Origin: Patescibacteria group bacterium
Lineage (GTDB): Bacteria; Patescibacteriota; Microgenomatia; Levybacterales; UBA12049
Assembly: GCA_038063415.1 (NCBI GenBank)
Contig: JBBTVD010000021.1
Coordinates: forward strand, 1-58,718
Length of the DNA: 58,718 bases
Direction: 5' to 3'
This document shows, piece by piece, positions 9,153 to 20,243 of the stretch (position 1 is the stretch's first letter; the number at the start of each line of letters is the position of its first letter). The notes beneath the pieces are model-generated. The model made no database searches and was not told the DNA's origin. It saw only the letters and a program-made list of their open reading frames with translations. The translations under genes and the position numbers were made by a program.

Positions 9153-11340
9153 ATTTTTTTACGACACTGATTCCTTTATCATTTTCTTCTATAAAGAACT
9201 GCAATTTCTCCTTTTTGGATGAGGGACCATGTCCAAGCCACCAAACAAGATATTCATAATTCATCGTGAAGCTCTCAAATTGACTCCCCGGACCTCTGCC
9301 TTGCAAGCTATATGCCTTACTATCTGACTCTCTTATTATATACCTTGCTGCCACAATTTGCTTCTCCAGAGTAATTGGGTATTTGTCAGGGACAAATACC
9401 TGTGTAAAAAAATGAAATAAATTACTGCCAATAATAAGTAGAATCAATGCATATCCCGCAAAGCGGATTCTCCGGTACAGCAACAGCCGAGAAATCGAAA
9501 CCGCCACCATCAAAAGTATCCCGGGAAAAAGCATGGGAAGATATGCATCTGAAGGCGTTCTCACAACAAAAAAACTGCATAAAGGAATAAGCAGGGAATA
9601 ACAGAGAAGGAGAAATGCATTCAGTGTTTTTTTTCTATATGCGGTAATCGCCTGTACAAGAACAAAGAATAAGCTGTAACAGAAAATAATCAGTGCTACC
9701 CAGCCCTGTAGTGCAAAAAGTAATTTTTGTTGTGAGATAAAAGCAAAAGAAGCCATTTGTGACCAACTTGTTGGTGTTGTCTCAGTCAGAGGGGGATAAC
9801 CAAAAAGAACCAGTATCTTATACCCTATCCATGCAAGAAAAAGGAGTGTTTGAGGAAAGCCATGAAAGATATCATAGATAAGCATAGGTAGCATACCAAA
9901 AATGAAAGCACCAAAAGCATGAAAAAGTATCTTTCGTTGAAAAATTCCGGTTGCCCACGAATAATGAAAAAAGAGCCCACTCACCAAAACGAGGCCAACG
10001 ACAACAACAAAGGGGAAAGTAGCTATTTCAAAATTATAAAGTACTGCAAGGAGAAAAATGATCCAAGGAAAAGCGGCTACTTTCCCCTTCGTCCAGGCAA
10101 AAAGAGCCAGAAGAAAAAGAATCACAAAAAGAGAGATTGGGCTTGTATGATAGGGCATTCTGATAAAGGAAAGAACCAAAGGAGATGTTGCATATAAAAG
10201 TGTTCCAATTACAGCAACTGATTTTCCAAACATATTGTTAGCTAGTTTATAAAACAAAATAACAGCTAGCGACTGAACGATTGTTGCTATAATCAAACCT
10301 GTTGTAGGAGCATAACCAAATAAGGCAAAGCCACTTGCAAGAAGATAGGTCCAATATGCTCCTTGATGTAACCAAGGATGACTTGATGCTATACCAACAA
10401 GAGGAATGTCCCCATAAAGGAGCATGTCTCTCGCGGAAAGATAGTACCATCCTTGATCGCCAATAAAGGTCATCAGATCACTTCTATATAATGTAAGAAA
10501 AGAAGTTAGAGCGAGGAGAAAAGTCAGAAAAAATGCCGTTTTATTCAATGATAAAAAGAAAGTAACTACGGCAGCAGCAGCCCACCCAAAATGTTTCTTG
10601 AAGTAGAGAAACCGACTCTGAGCAAAAATAGTGGAGATATCAGATCGCTGTTTGGTACTTGCTCCCCAGATATGAGAGACTTTTGAGTCTGGTATGATAA
10701 AAAGTTTCCAACCAAACTTTCTAACTCGCCTACAAAGATCAAATTCTTCAAAGTAGAGAAAGAACTTTTCATCGAATCTTCCTATTTTTTCAAATATTTC
10801 TCTCCTAATCATAAAAGCTGTTCCGGGTACGACATCCACTTTTTGATTTTTTTTTCTATCCCAATCCGAGAGGAAATAGTTTCTTGAAATTGAATTGTTG
10901 GGAAAGAGTTTATTGAGAAAAGAGAGCGCAATTATTCCTCGTACTGGTGTTAGTTCCAGAGAACCTTGCTGATAAGGCTTACCATCTTTCCCAAGAAGTA
11001 ACGGTGCAACTATTCCTACTTTTTTGTGCTTTTGTAAAAAAGAAACCAAAGTGTCGAGAACTTGTGGAAATACTTTAGTATCAGGATTAAGAAAGAAAAG
11101 ATATTCACCTTTGGCATAGCGAGCGCCCACGTTATTTGCTTGACCAAAACCATTATTGGGATTAGGAATATAGCGTACCTCAGGATATTTTTTATGTAAT
11201 TTGGGGAAAATTTTCTTTTTTTCATCATTATCAACCACAATAATCTCATATGCCATTTTGGGTTTATTTTTAATAAGTGAAGTAATGCAGGCAAACAGTT
11301 CTTTTTTCACCTGATAATTGACAATAACAATAGAAACCAT
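9145..11340 (-). CDS. Fusion: GT2 (WbbL/rhamnosyltransferase-like) plus GT-C (PMT_2/ArnT-like)
   Basis: N-terminal SIVIVNY, GFGQANN, LNPD, FDEKFFLYFEEFD; C-terminal multi-TM with 'FIGDQGW...G.IPLVG'. Confidence 0.8.
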   Translation of the reverse strand: MVSIVIVNYQVKKELFACITSLIKNKPKMAYEIIVVDNDEKKKIFPKLHKKYPEVRYIPNPNNGFGQANNVGARYAKGEYLFFLNPDTKVFPQVLDTLVSFLQKHKKVGIVAPLLLGKDGKPYQQGSLELTPVRGIIALSFLNKLFPNNSISRNYFLSDWDRKKNQKVDVVPGTAFMIRREIFEKIGRFDEKFFLYFEEFDLCRRVRKFGWKLFIIPDSKVSHIWGASTKQRSDISTIFAQSRFLYFKKHFGWAAAAVVTFFLSLNKTAFFLTFLLALTSFLTLYRSDLMTFIGDQGWYYLSARDMLLYGDIPLVGIASSHPWLHQGAYWTYLLASGFALFGYAPTTGLIIATIVQSLAVILFYKLANNMFGKSVAVIGTLLYATSPLVLSFIRMPYHTSPISLFVILFLLALFAWTKGKVAAFPWIIFLLAVLYNFEIATFPFVVVVGLVLVSGLFFHYSWATGIFQRKILFHAFGAFIFGMLPMLIYDIFHGFPQTLLFLAWIGYKILVLFGYPPLTETTPTSWSQMASFAFISQQKLLFALQGWVALIIFCYSLFFVLVQAITAYRKKTLNAFLLLCYSLLIPLCSFFVVRTPSDAYLPMLFPGILLMVAVSISRLLLYRRIRFAGYALILLIIGSNLFHFFTQVFVPDKYPITLEKQIVAARYIIRESDSKAYSLQGRGPGSQFESFTMNYEYLVWWLGHGPSSKKEKLQFFIEENDKGISVVKKYD

Positions 11341-11343
11341 AGC

Positions 11344-13173
11344 TTATTTTTCGAGCGAATAAAGATTATATTTTTTTGTATCTGCTGGATAAGTTGCTAA
11401 CAGAGTAACGGTATGAGGGTTACAATCTAGCAATTGTAATCGATGACAAAACCATTGTATGTCACCACCTTTAATTAATAACCTTGTGACATTATTTCTT
11501 TTTAATAAATGAAACGATCGATGATCCTGGCTAAAAAGATAGTTGATATCAATATACTTAAAATCTGCATAATAATACCCAAAAATGCCGTAGGTTGCAA
11601 CCATATCGTCTGAAGAGATGTGTTTATCGAATAAGTGATTAAAATCATAATAACTTGCATTATCTCTTCCCAAGACACGAGTCAAATAAGCATTCTTATC
11701 AGACCAACCTAAACCATAGGGCAACATAAAGAGAGTATTGACTAAATAATAGAGAAACACCACAGCAAATCCACCATAAAAGAGATAGCGAATAGTAGTA
11801 TATTTGTAAGTAACAAAAATCCCCGCAGAAAAAATAATAACAGCAAAAGTATACCAGGATAATAAATACCTTCCAAGATCAACTTTGACAAAAAGCTGTT
11901 CACTCATGAGTAGTATAAAAAAGAGAGTCAAAGGAAGTTTCTTTACCAGTTTTCCTGTTTGTGTAAAGAAAAAAAGAAACAATAATATGCTAAAAAAGAA
12001 TAAGGGACTATAGACAATCATATTTTCAAATGCAAACATATTCCAATTAAATCCAACGTAACTAAAAGAAGGAGGAATAGTATGCTGACTGGTTTCAAGA
12101 TATTCAAAACGGGCAAAAATAGGATAAATCGGATTCCCTGTCAGCAAAAAAGCCCGAATATACCAAAGCAGAGGAATAAGAAGGGAAAAACACGTAAAAA
12201 ATATAAGTAGACGAAATATTTCTTTGCGTTGCTTATGTTTTTGTAAAAGAGCAATATAAATAAGAACCGCTGGAAGATAAATAAGTGTCCACATTTTAAT
12301 TGCAAAACCCGCCCCAAGCAGTATCCCTGATAATAGAAGTTGCTTTTTGGGTATATCTTTTCTTATAAGAAGTATCGAAAGTAAAAGAACAAATACCAGC
12401 AAAAAATCAACGTATTGTGAAGGTGCATACCTAATAACGATAGGAGATGTCACAAATAATAGAGGTGCGAATTTACTAAAAGAGGATTGTTTTGATTGTG
12501 CAACACAAAAAAGAAGTCTTATGATAAGCAAATAAAATCCAAAATGTATAAAGCGACTAGCCTCTTTATCACCAAAAAATAACGGGATAAGATACACCAT
12601 TTCAGCAAGTTGTGGATATGGAATAACATGCAATGGTTCTCTTGACTCAAGCATACTTGTCTCAGCCATGAGATAAAGATGAGGTAAATCAGTGTGATAG
12701 GCATCCTCAGTAATTTCTGGCGGGATAAGTCTTAAAAAAGAAAGAAGAATAAATAATATTACACCCCAAATCGCAAAATCTTTAAATCGGAGGTTTTTTG
12801 CTTGAGATACGAATATAAAAAAACGACTAATAATTTTTTTAATAGAAAAAGGATAAAGAGCAATTGCGGTGATAACAAAAAGATATGCCCAGATGATTTC
12901 AGTCTTTAATAAAGAAAGTAATCCTAATAGACCAAAACCACTTCCGATAAGGATATATCCAAGAGCAAAATTGATAAAAAACGCATATTGTCTACTATTT
13001 GAAAAAAAAAGAAGACGCAGCTTCTCTCCTACAAGATACAACGTAAGAAAAATACCTGCAGCAAGTACTATATGAGACAAAAAAGCAATTATTCCTGATT
13101 GATGTATAGCAAAACTTATAAAGTCTGTACGAAGAAAATCAAAATTAGTTTGTATGTTATTCAAAAGGTTCAT
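11344..13173 (-). CDS. GT-C membrane glycosyltransferase (paralog of 2646..4253)
   Basis: Multi-TM; 'DAYHTDLP', 'YVDF', 'TGNPIYP', 'GFNW', 'YYDF..F.KH' shared in part with the 2646 ORF. Confidence 0.72.
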   Translation of the reverse strand: MNLLNNIQTNFDFLRTDFISFAIHQSGIIAFLSHIVLAAGIFLTLYLVGEKLRLLFFSNSRQYAFFINFALGYILIGSGFGLLGLLSLLKTEIIWAYLFVITAIALYPFSIKKIISRFFIFVSQAKNLRFKDFAIWGVILFILLSFLRLIPPEITEDAYHTDLPHLYLMAETSMLESREPLHVIPYPQLAEMVYLIPLFFGDKEASRFIHFGFYLLIIRLLFCVAQSKQSSFSKFAPLLFVTSPIVIRYAPSQYVDFLLVFVLLLSILLIRKDIPKKQLLLSGILLGAGFAIKMWTLIYLPAVLIYIALLQKHKQRKEIFRLLIFFTCFSLLIPLLWYIRAFLLTGNPIYPIFARFEYLETSQHTIPPSFSYVGFNWNMFAFENMIVYSPLFFFSILLFLFFFTQTGKLVKKLPLTLFFILLMSEQLFVKVDLGRYLLSWYTFAVIIFSAGIFVTYKYTTIRYLFYGGFAVVFLYYLVNTLFMLPYGLGWSDKNAYLTRVLGRDNASYYDFNHLFDKHISSDDMVATYGIFGYYYADFKYIDINYLFSQDHRSFHLLKRNNVTRLLIKGGDIQWFCHRLQLLDCNPHTVTLLATYPADTKKYNLYSLEK

Positions 13174-13218
13174 TTTTTACTAATTCTTTCTTTATACCAT
13201 CTCCAATATTTTCTGTAG

Positions 13219-14772
13219 TTATTCTCTCCATTTATAAATAAAGACAAGAGTTGCGTCATCTGCTTTGATTTCTTTAATTAAGGAATACTTTTTTTTTATT
13301 TCTGCATCATCAAAACCTTCTCTTATTATATTATAGTAATTAACAATCACATAATCGTATCTTTTGCCACTGGACCATTTTTGGTAGTTTAATCCTGTAA
13401 AACGAGGGAAAACATGCTCAGGAGACAGTGCCAAGCCAATTGATGCTCCAGGAGACGCAACTTGTTTTATATAGAGTCCTGCTTCTCGTTCTCCTTGACC
13501 CCACCAGCCTTGCTGAAATAATCGATGCTGATAAACCATATTTGTCCCACCAACGAGCTCATTAAAGTAATCGAGATAATATGGTTTTAGTTGCCAAAGC
13601 AGTACAGAAAGATATACTATAACTGGGATAAAAAGCAGTAACTTTTTGGTTTCTTTTTGTGTTAGCTTACTAACAAGAGCATCGAACCCAATGGCACTAA
13701 TAAGGGCAATAGCAGGATAAATTTCGATAATATATCGTAGCCCATGTTGTCTCCATGAGTAAAATGATAAGGCGAAAGGAACAAGAAACCAAACGATTAG
13801 GCTATACCATACCCAATCTTTCTTATGAAAAATTTTTTTCACTCCGATAAAGAATAGCGCAAGAATAATAACCGGAATTGAAATAAAGAAATAAACAATA
13901 TAATAAAAATTTGGCACTGGCATAAGACGTCCAAAAAATATTTCTGGTGGTGCCAATGTTATGTGCCACGGATATGGAGAAAACTGCACACTCCAATAGC
14001 CGTCATGAATTTTGGCGATTTCTGAAGAGAAAAACAGGAGATGCGGCCAAAAAAGAATAAAAACGATACCACTTATCAAGGTAATCAAAACTAAAGCAAT
14101 TGAGCATTTGTTAAGAAATGCTATCTTTTTACGCTTACTGACTTGTCTATAGTAAAGGAAAGCGAGCAACGCAAAGATCAGCAAAAGCAGCCCATCTGAT
14201 TGCTTCGCTTGAAGAGCAATCCCCGTAATAATTCCTGCGATAAATAATCGTTTTACTGAATACTTCTTTATAAGCAAGAGATACGAAAGCATCGTGAGAG
14301 GATAAATTAAAATTTTTAAACTTTCTGTCGTTACGAGTTGTGAAAGTCCAAGAGAAAATGGTAACATAGCCAAAATGATTGCTGCAATGATGCCAATAAC
14401 AGGAGAAAAGAAATACCATCCAATGATCGCAACAACAATAACACCAAAAGAAAACATAACAGAAGAAAGTGTTCGTGATGCAGTCAAGTCGTACCGCAAC
14501 AGAGCATCTCCTCCCGCAGTAACTTTTTCAACATCTAACTGAGCTGATAAACCATAGAGATATTTAATAAGCGGTGGATGATCATAGGTGGTATAAAAAA
14601 AGCTATTTGTTACATCTCCTTTTTTTAACAAGGTAATCATCTTATGTCCTTGTTCAACATAGAGCGACTCATCCCATGTCCTACCAATTTCATTAAGCGT
14701 ACTAAGCCGAAGCAGTAGCGAAAAGAGAAATATGCCAAGCAAAACTCCTATGGTAACTATTGTCTTTTTCAT
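13219..14772 (-). CDS. GT-C (dolichyl/polyprenyl-phosphate-sugar protein transferase-like, PMT_2)
   Basis: 'TWDESLY', 'DHPPL.KY', 'RYI..IYP', 'YFNELVGG'; start moved to 14772 (ATGA overlap with upstream stop). Confidence 0.78.
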   Translation of the reverse strand: MKKTIVTIGVLLGIFLFSLLLRLSTLNEIGRTWDESLYVEQGHKMITLLKKGDVTNSFFYTTYDHPPLIKYLYGLSAQLDVEKVTAGGDALLRYDLTASRTLSSVMFSFGVIVVAIIGWYFFSPVIGIIAAIILAMLPFSLGLSQLVTTESLKILIYPLTMLSYLLLIKKYSVKRLFIAGIITGIALQAKQSDGLLLLIFALLAFLYYRQVSKRKKIAFLNKCSIALVLITLISGIVFILFWPHLLFFSSEIAKIHDGYWSVQFSPYPWHITLAPPEIFFGRLMPVPNFYYIVYFFISIPVIILALFFIGVKKIFHKKDWVWYSLIVWFLVPFALSFYSWRQHGLRYIIEIYPAIALISAIGFDALVSKLTQKETKKLLLFIPVIVYLSVLLWQLKPYYLDYFNELVGGTNMVYQHRLFQQGWWGQGEREAGLYIKQVASPGASIGLALSPEHVFPRFTGLNYQKWSSGKRYDYVIVNYYNIIREGFDDAEIKKKYSLIKEIKADDATLVFIYKWRE

Positions 14773-15854
14773 CGTAGATGTCTTTCTATTTGTTTCGTGC
14801 TCTTCTCCATTGTCCAATTTTCTACGACATGTTCTCGAGCATTTCTTCCTAATTGTTTTGTGATAGCTTCGTTTCTTAAAAGACTAGTTATTTTTTTTGC
14901 AATAATGCTTCCATTTCTGGGCAACAAATAGCCTGTATTGTTGTGAAGAATAGTTTCAAGATATCCTCCTTCGTTTACTGCGACAACGGGTATGCCACAA
15001 GCCATTGCTTCAAGAGGTATAAGCCCAAAAGGGTCATCATGAGACAAACAAACAACAAGTTTTGCTTTGTTATAGAGTTTTACAAATTGCGTTTCGTCCT
15101 CAATCCAATCTTCACCAATAATATGTTTTTTTATAGATATCTCCCTTGGCAACTCCCCTTCAATTTCTCGAAGTAAAATATACCCATCATCTTCAGTTTT
15201 TGCTCCAATAAAAAGGATGTCATATTCTTTTTTTTGAGCTAGTGGTCTAAATAAATGAGTATCAACCCCTAAGTAACTAACAACGCTTTTAATTTTGTAT
15301 GCCTCTTCAATACGTTTTTTTGTATACTTTGAATTTGTTATTACCATATCTGCCTTTTTTAAATTTTCTCTATCAATTCTTTTTCGTAGTAGCCTATTAA
15401 ACTTTTCGTAGATTTTCTTTATCAATGGAATATTCTTAGGAATCTCAAATTGCGATTCATAGACTAAACGTAGTGGCTCTTCGCAATAGTAAACCTTTCG
15501 TGTTTTGAGAAAACGTAAAATAAAAGGAGCCTGCGTATACTGAGAAGGATGAATAAAAGCAACATCATACTCTCCATTATTAATATCTGCTGCCATTTTT
15601 TTATGTAGTTGATAAAGCTTCATTAATTCAAGAGTATCTTTATATAGTTTTAGCCTCCAATTGCCTCCTCTCCAATCTTTGGGAGTGAATGGATACAGGT
15701 GGACCTGGTGAAAAAAGGCTCTTTCTGCTGAGTCTTCTTTTATATCGACAATATACAAATCAACCGTGTGCTTTTTTTGTAGTTCCTTCGCAAATTCATT
15801 AACAGCACGTCGAGCTCCTCCTTGTTGTAATTCGTGAAAAATAGCTATCCTCAT
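14769..15854 (-). CDS. GT4 glycosyltransferase
   Basis: MRIAIFH..GGA.R, 'DPFGLIPLEAMACGIPVVA...GG..ETI'. Confidence 0.9.
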   Translation of the reverse strand: MRIAIFHELQQGGARRAVNEFAKELQKKHTVDLYIVDIKEDSAERAFFHQVHLYPFTPKDWRGGNWRLKLYKDTLELMKLYQLHKKMAADINNGEYDVAFIHPSQYTQAPFILRFLKTRKVYYCEEPLRLVYESQFEIPKNIPLIKKIYEKFNRLLRKRIDRENLKKADMVITNSKYTKKRIEEAYKIKSVVSYLGVDTHLFRPLAQKKEYDILFIGAKTEDDGYILLREIEGELPREISIKKHIIGEDWIEDETQFVKLYNKAKLVVCLSHDDPFGLIPLEAMACGIPVVAVNEGGYLETILHNNTGYLLPRNGSIIAKKITSLLRNEAITKQLGRNAREHVVENWTMEKSTKQIERHLR

Positions 15855-16684
15855 TTGTTATTTCGTAAAACTCCTATAAAAATAGCTCCAAAAAGTAAAT
15901 TTATTGGAGTAAATCTTGATAAAGGATACAATGTCGTTAACGCATTATACACAGTTGTTCGTAGTCCCTTTCCCTTTTTTACAAATCCTATCTCAATCTG
16001 TAACTTGCCAGTAAAATGATATTTTTTAAAGAGATTCTTCAAATAAAAATATGTGGGTTCATTAACATGTTGTATTTTTTCCTCGGGTGTCCGTGGATCA
16101 TCTGGCAAAGGATTATATTTCTTTCCTTTAATTACTTGGTCAATTTTTGTAAGCAGCTTGTTCATAGGTAAGATATACCAACGATAGGTGAAATTATATA
16201 ACAGTCTGTTTGGTCCTGTATGAACAAAAAGAATACCATCTTTCTTGAGCACTCGAGAAATTTCATTGAGAGCTAACGGTACTTCTTCTTTATAAAGATG
16301 TTCAAGTACATCAATACAAATAACAACATCAAAATAATTATCAGGTAACTGCAATTTTTTTATATCCATCTGATGAAACTGTAAAAATTTTTTTACCTTT
16401 GGATCAGATATTTTTTTTAGCTTTTCAGCAATATCTATGGCAGCCTCAGCATAATCGATACCTATAGATAGGTGACCTTTATTTGCAAAATAATAAGAGA
16501 TGTCTCCACGACCACATCCCACATCAAGAATTTTTGCATCAGAAGGAATTGGTATTGTCTGAAGTAGTTGGCGTAGTCTTGGATGCAGCTCTCTCCCTTT
16601 AGTTTTTTTAAACTCTTCAGAGCCCAAACATACTTTTAGATAGTATTCCTTTGTATAAATCTTCGAATCAATTGATTGCATCAC
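15851..16684 (-). CDS. Class I SAM-dependent methyltransferase
   Basis: ILDVGCGRG, FDVVICIDVLEHL, RVLKKDG. Confidence 0.88.
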   Translation of the reverse strand: MMQSIDSKIYTKEYYLKVCLGSEEFKKTKGRELHPRLRQLLQTIPIPSDAKILDVGCGRGDISYYFANKGHLSIGIDYAEAAIDIAEKLKKISDPKVKKFLQFHQMDIKKLQLPDNYFDVVICIDVLEHLYKEEVPLALNEISRVLKKDGILFVHTGPNRLLYNFTYRWYILPMNKLLTKIDQVIKGKKYNPLPDDPRTPEEKIQHVNEPTYFYLKNLFKKYHFTGKLQIEIGFVKKGKGLRTTVYNALTTLYPLSRFTPINLLFGAIFIGVLRNNK

Positions 16685-17904
16685 TATACCTTTCTAAAAA
16701 TTTTAAGAGAATAATATACATATAAAGGAGCCGCAATGAGTGATCCAGTGAGTGCCGAAAAGGCGGCTCCCAAAAGACCATAGAGATGTACCAAAGGGAA
16801 AATTACAAGGAGTAACCCTGTAATACTCACAAACGTAACTACTGTTAAATACTCTTGCTTACCAACCGCAAGAAATAATGCAGAACTTGAACCTGAAATC
16901 GCGCGTATTACACCAAATGCAGCAAGAACTGGTAGAATCGGCACAACAGCAAGCCATTTTTCTCCGAGAATCAAAAGGACAATCTCTTGTGGAAAAAACC
17001 ATAAAACCAATCCAAACGATATGGCAAGTCCGGCAATAAGGACTGTAGTTTTAATAAACGCTCGCCGTAAACGAGCTAGATCTCCAGCAATCTTAGTATA
17101 AACCGGGAAAGTCACCCGTGCAAAAACATCTGCAATTTCAGTAATCGGTAACATTGAAAAAGAGTACCCCATCTGATAAATACCAAGAGATCCAGTACCA
17201 AGCATCCTACCGACCACAATATTGTCCGCGTTGTGAAAAAGGTAATTAAAAACCCCACTTGCAGTTACCCACTTACCTCTATGGAAAATTTTTAACAGAT
17301 ATTCTTTATGAAATGTAAGGGTTGGCCATGGTCTGACCATGATATAGGAGAGAATTATTTCTACAATAACTCCCGCAATAAACCCCCAAATAATACCAAT
17401 CGGATCATGAAGAATCAATGTCGCAATGACCGCAACTAGTGAATCAACAAGGAAAATACTACCTCTATACCAAAATTCTACATGAAAACGAAGCTCTTTC
17501 TGAAACTTAACGACAGAAGGATTAATAAAGCCACGTAAAAATGGCACAACGCTAATCGTATAGAGCAAAGGAGCTGCATCAGGAGAACGAAAGAACGCCA
17601 CAATGAAAGGTGTCAGGAGAATAATAACTACTGAAATGATAATTCCTCGAATAATCGAGACCATCCAAGCAGAGCTTATGTAGCGATCTGTTTCTTTTTC
17701 TTGAATTAATAGAATATTAACTCCTGTTTCTGTCATGACTTCCAGAAAGCCAAGAACCAAAAGAGCAACGCCGTACGTACCAAACTGTGCGGGAAGCAAA
17801 ATACGAGCAAGCACAATTGTTTTAAGAAAAGAAAGTGCTCGAGTAGTGAACCTAAGAACTGCGATCCAGGACACGCCTTTTATTGCTGCTCGTGTATATC
17901 CCAT
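16684..17904 (-). CDS. wzx: Wzx/PST-family oligosaccharide flippase
   Basis: 'IVLARILLPAQFG', 'DNIVVGRMLG...LGIYQ', 'LILGEKW'; start set at 17904 by TGtTATAAT 7 nt upstream. Confidence 0.85.
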   Translation of the reverse strand: MGYTRAAIKGVSWIAVLRFTTRALSFLKTIVLARILLPAQFGTYGVALLVLGFLEVMTETGVNILLIQEKETDRYISSAWMVSIIRGIIISVVIILLTPFIVAFFRSPDAAPLLYTISVVPFLRGFINPSVVKFQKELRFHVEFWYRGSIFLVDSLVAVIATLILHDPIGIIWGFIAGVIVEIILSYIMVRPWPTLTFHKEYLLKIFHRGKWVTASGVFNYLFHNADNIVVGRMLGTGSLGIYQMGYSFSMLPITEIADVFARVTFPVYTKIAGDLARLRRAFIKTTVLIAGLAISFGLVLWFFPQEIVLLILGEKWLAVVPILPVLAAFGVIRAISGSSSALFLAVGKQEYLTVVTFVSITGLLLVIFPLVHLYGLLGAAFSALTGSLIAAPLYVYYSLKIFRKV

Positions 17905-18015
17905 ATACAACATTATAACAATATTTATCCATGTCTGTAGCAGAAAGAAGGTTCTCTTATTGAAATTATATGAGGTTTTATTCTATAATGAATCAATTAA
18001 GACACTGATATACTA

Positions 18016-19245
18016 ATGCAAACAAAAGCACCATTGCTCCAAGAATGCCGCTCATGTAATTCAAAAAAGCTCGTTGACATTATTTCTCTTGGGAAAATTT
18101 ATCTTTCAGATTTTGTAAAAGATAAAACTAAGCCTCAAAAGTATGCTCTTGTTCTTGTTATGTGTAGAAATTGTTCACTTATCCAACTGAAGCATACTCC
18201 TCCACAGTCAGCCCTCTACACTGAACATTACGGCTATCGCTCAGGAATTAACCAAACAATGCAAAATGAGCTTAAAGAAATTGCAGAAAAGAACTTAGCG
18301 CTTATTGATAAACCACAAAAAGAAATTATTGCTGTTGATATCGGAGCCAATGATGGAACACTTCTCAAGTCCTATCCCAAAAGCATTGAACGTATTGGTA
18401 TTGAACCGATTAAAAAACTTGCCAAACAATGTAAAGAACATGCAACAATAGTGGTTAATGATTTTTTTACTTATGAAGCATATACGCATGCTTTGGGCGA
18501 TAAAAAAGCTGATATCGTCAGCGCGATTTCCTGTTTTTATGACATGGAAGAGCCAAATACTTTTGTTGCTGACGTCAAAAAGATACTTAAAGAAGATGGT
18601 ATCTTTGTCATTCAACAGAATTATCTGGTAAAGATGCTTACACAAAATGCTTTTGATAATATCGTTCATGAACATCTTGAGTATTACTCATTACTTTCGC
18701 TACAACACTTACTCAAAAAACATGGACTCGAAGTCTTTGATCTTGAACTTCGAGAACTCAATGGAGGGAGTTTTAGAACATACATCGGATACGAAAACAA
18801 ACGACCAATAACAAATGCAGTTCGTGAGCAGGAGGAACTCGAGAAGCTTATTGGTCTCCACCGTAAAAAGATTTATATAGATTTTGCTAAAAGAATACGG
18901 TTAACAAAGAAAGAACTTCATCAATTTATCAAAAATGAAGTGAAAGCTGGAAAAAAAGTGTATGTTTATGGAGCCTCTACTCGAGGAAATACGCTTCTTC
19001 AATATTTTGATTTGGATAATAAGCTTATTGAAAAAGCAGTTGAACGTAATCCTGAAAAATGGGGAAAGACATTTGCTGCGGTAGGTATACCTATTATCTC
19101 AGAAGAACAAGCACGAGCTGAAAAACCTGATTATATGCTTGTTTTACCTTGGTTTTTCAAGGAAGAATTCCTTAAGAGAGAAAAGAAATACCTACAAGCA
19201 GGAGGACACTTTATCTTCCCTCTTCCACAGATGGAGGTTATTTAA
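18016..19245 (+). CDS. NDP-sugar C-methyltransferase family (Zn-binding N-terminus, SAM domain, C-terminal Methyltransf_14 domain)
   Basis: CRSC...CRNC..IQL, DIGANDG, HEHLEYYS, YGASTRGN.LL, PDY.LVLPW.F, GG.FI.PLP. Confidence 0.88.
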   Translation: MQTKAPLLQECRSCNSKKLVDIISLGKIYLSDFVKDKTKPQKYALVLVMCRNCSLIQLKHTPPQSALYTEHYGYRSGINQTMQNELKEIAEKNLALIDKPQKEIIAVDIGANDGTLLKSYPKSIERIGIEPIKKLAKQCKEHATIVVNDFFTYEAYTHALGDKKADIVSAISCFYDMEEPNTFVADVKKILKEDGIFVIQQNYLVKMLTQNAFDNIVHEHLEYYSLLSLQHLLKKHGLEVFDLELRELNGGSFRTYIGYENKRPITNAVREQEELEKLIGLHRKKIYIDFAKRIRLTKKELHQFIKNEVKAGKKVYVYGASTRGNTLLQYFDLDNKLIEKAVERNPEKWGKTFAAVGIPIISEEQARAEKPDYMLVLPWFFKEEFLKREKKYLQAGGHFIFPLPQMEVI

Positions 19246-20210
19246 TTACCGTTATTAACGGCTGGGACATAAAGTTCATTATTAATATAAAAACGGCACA
19301 TATTTGGCGATGCCATAGGAGGATCGTACTTCCAAATAGAAGCAGCCGTACCGCCTAATTCCATAAGTGCATATTGACATGCGGCAGTATTAAGATCTGA
19401 CGACATAATATTTTCTGATGATACACGATTACCTATAGAAGCGAGTCTACTAGGGGTAGCTACTGGAAATACCTGCACTTTAGTCTCATCAGGAAAATTT
19501 TCAGAGAAGTTTTCCATCAGGTGAGCAATGCGTAACCAATGTGCTGACTGTGTTATGACAACTACCCTGTTAGGAGATCGATCTCTGTTTTTACCTACTT
19601 TTATTTCATGTAAATCAAGTCCTTCTATTTGATGACCTGTATGTTTAATAACATTTTCCTGTCCATCTTTCCCACGATAATTACCATAAACAATAAAATT
19701 CTCTGGAGGGAAGTTATGAATCTCTTTATCTCGTAAATCAGTAATTAGTTCAGTGAAAAGAGCATTCTCTTTTGGTGTTGCAGTATACATAATAAGCGGA
19801 GGATTCTTCTCTGGACGCAAACTTGTAACTTTCATTGCCACCATAAGCCCCATTCTTATTCGTGCTCGATCCATACCCCGTGACCAGTCATATGGCTCAT
19901 ACTGATAATCTCCTTTATGCGTTCCAGGTAAATATGCACCTGGACCAGAATCAATATAAACAATATCTGTGTCAGAATAGACTTGTGATACTGGCACAGT
20001 AGCCTGCTCCACTGTATCAATAAGGTGTACTCCGTTCTGAACAAATTCTTTCAATACGCCCACTGGGGCATATTGCCCAAATTCTCTCTGCAATTTCTCA
20101 GTCGCGCAATCAATCAGACCGACTTTTTGATCTTCGCTAAAAACAGGACTATATAACGGACGACCATCTTTTCTACGTAAGATTCTTCCTCCTTCAATTC
20201 CAATTGCCAT
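19242..20210 (-). CDS. Hypothetical protein, weak DUF218/YdcF-like motif
   Basis: 322-aa ORF with own TATAAT 7 nt before ATG; 'HTGHQI' and 'VVVITQSAHWLR' recall the DUF218 T..N / VT..H..R motifs. Confidence 0.5.
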   Translation of the reverse strand: MAIGIEGGRILRRKDGRPLYSPVFSEDQKVGLIDCATEKLQREFGQYAPVGVLKEFVQNGVHLIDTVEQATVPVSQVYSDTDIVYIDSGPGAYLPGTHKGDYQYEPYDWSRGMDRARIRMGLMVAMKVTSLRPEKNPPLIMYTATPKENALFTELITDLRDKEIHNFPPENFIVYGNYRGKDGQENVIKHTGHQIEGLDLHEIKVGKNRDRSPNRVVVITQSAHWLRIAHLMENFSENFPDETKVQVFPVATPSRLASIGNRVSSENIMSSDLNTAACQYALMELGGTAASIWKYDPPMASPNMCRFYINNELYVPAVNNGN

Positions 20211-20243
20211 AAAGAATATTATACTATATTTTTAGAGCATTCC

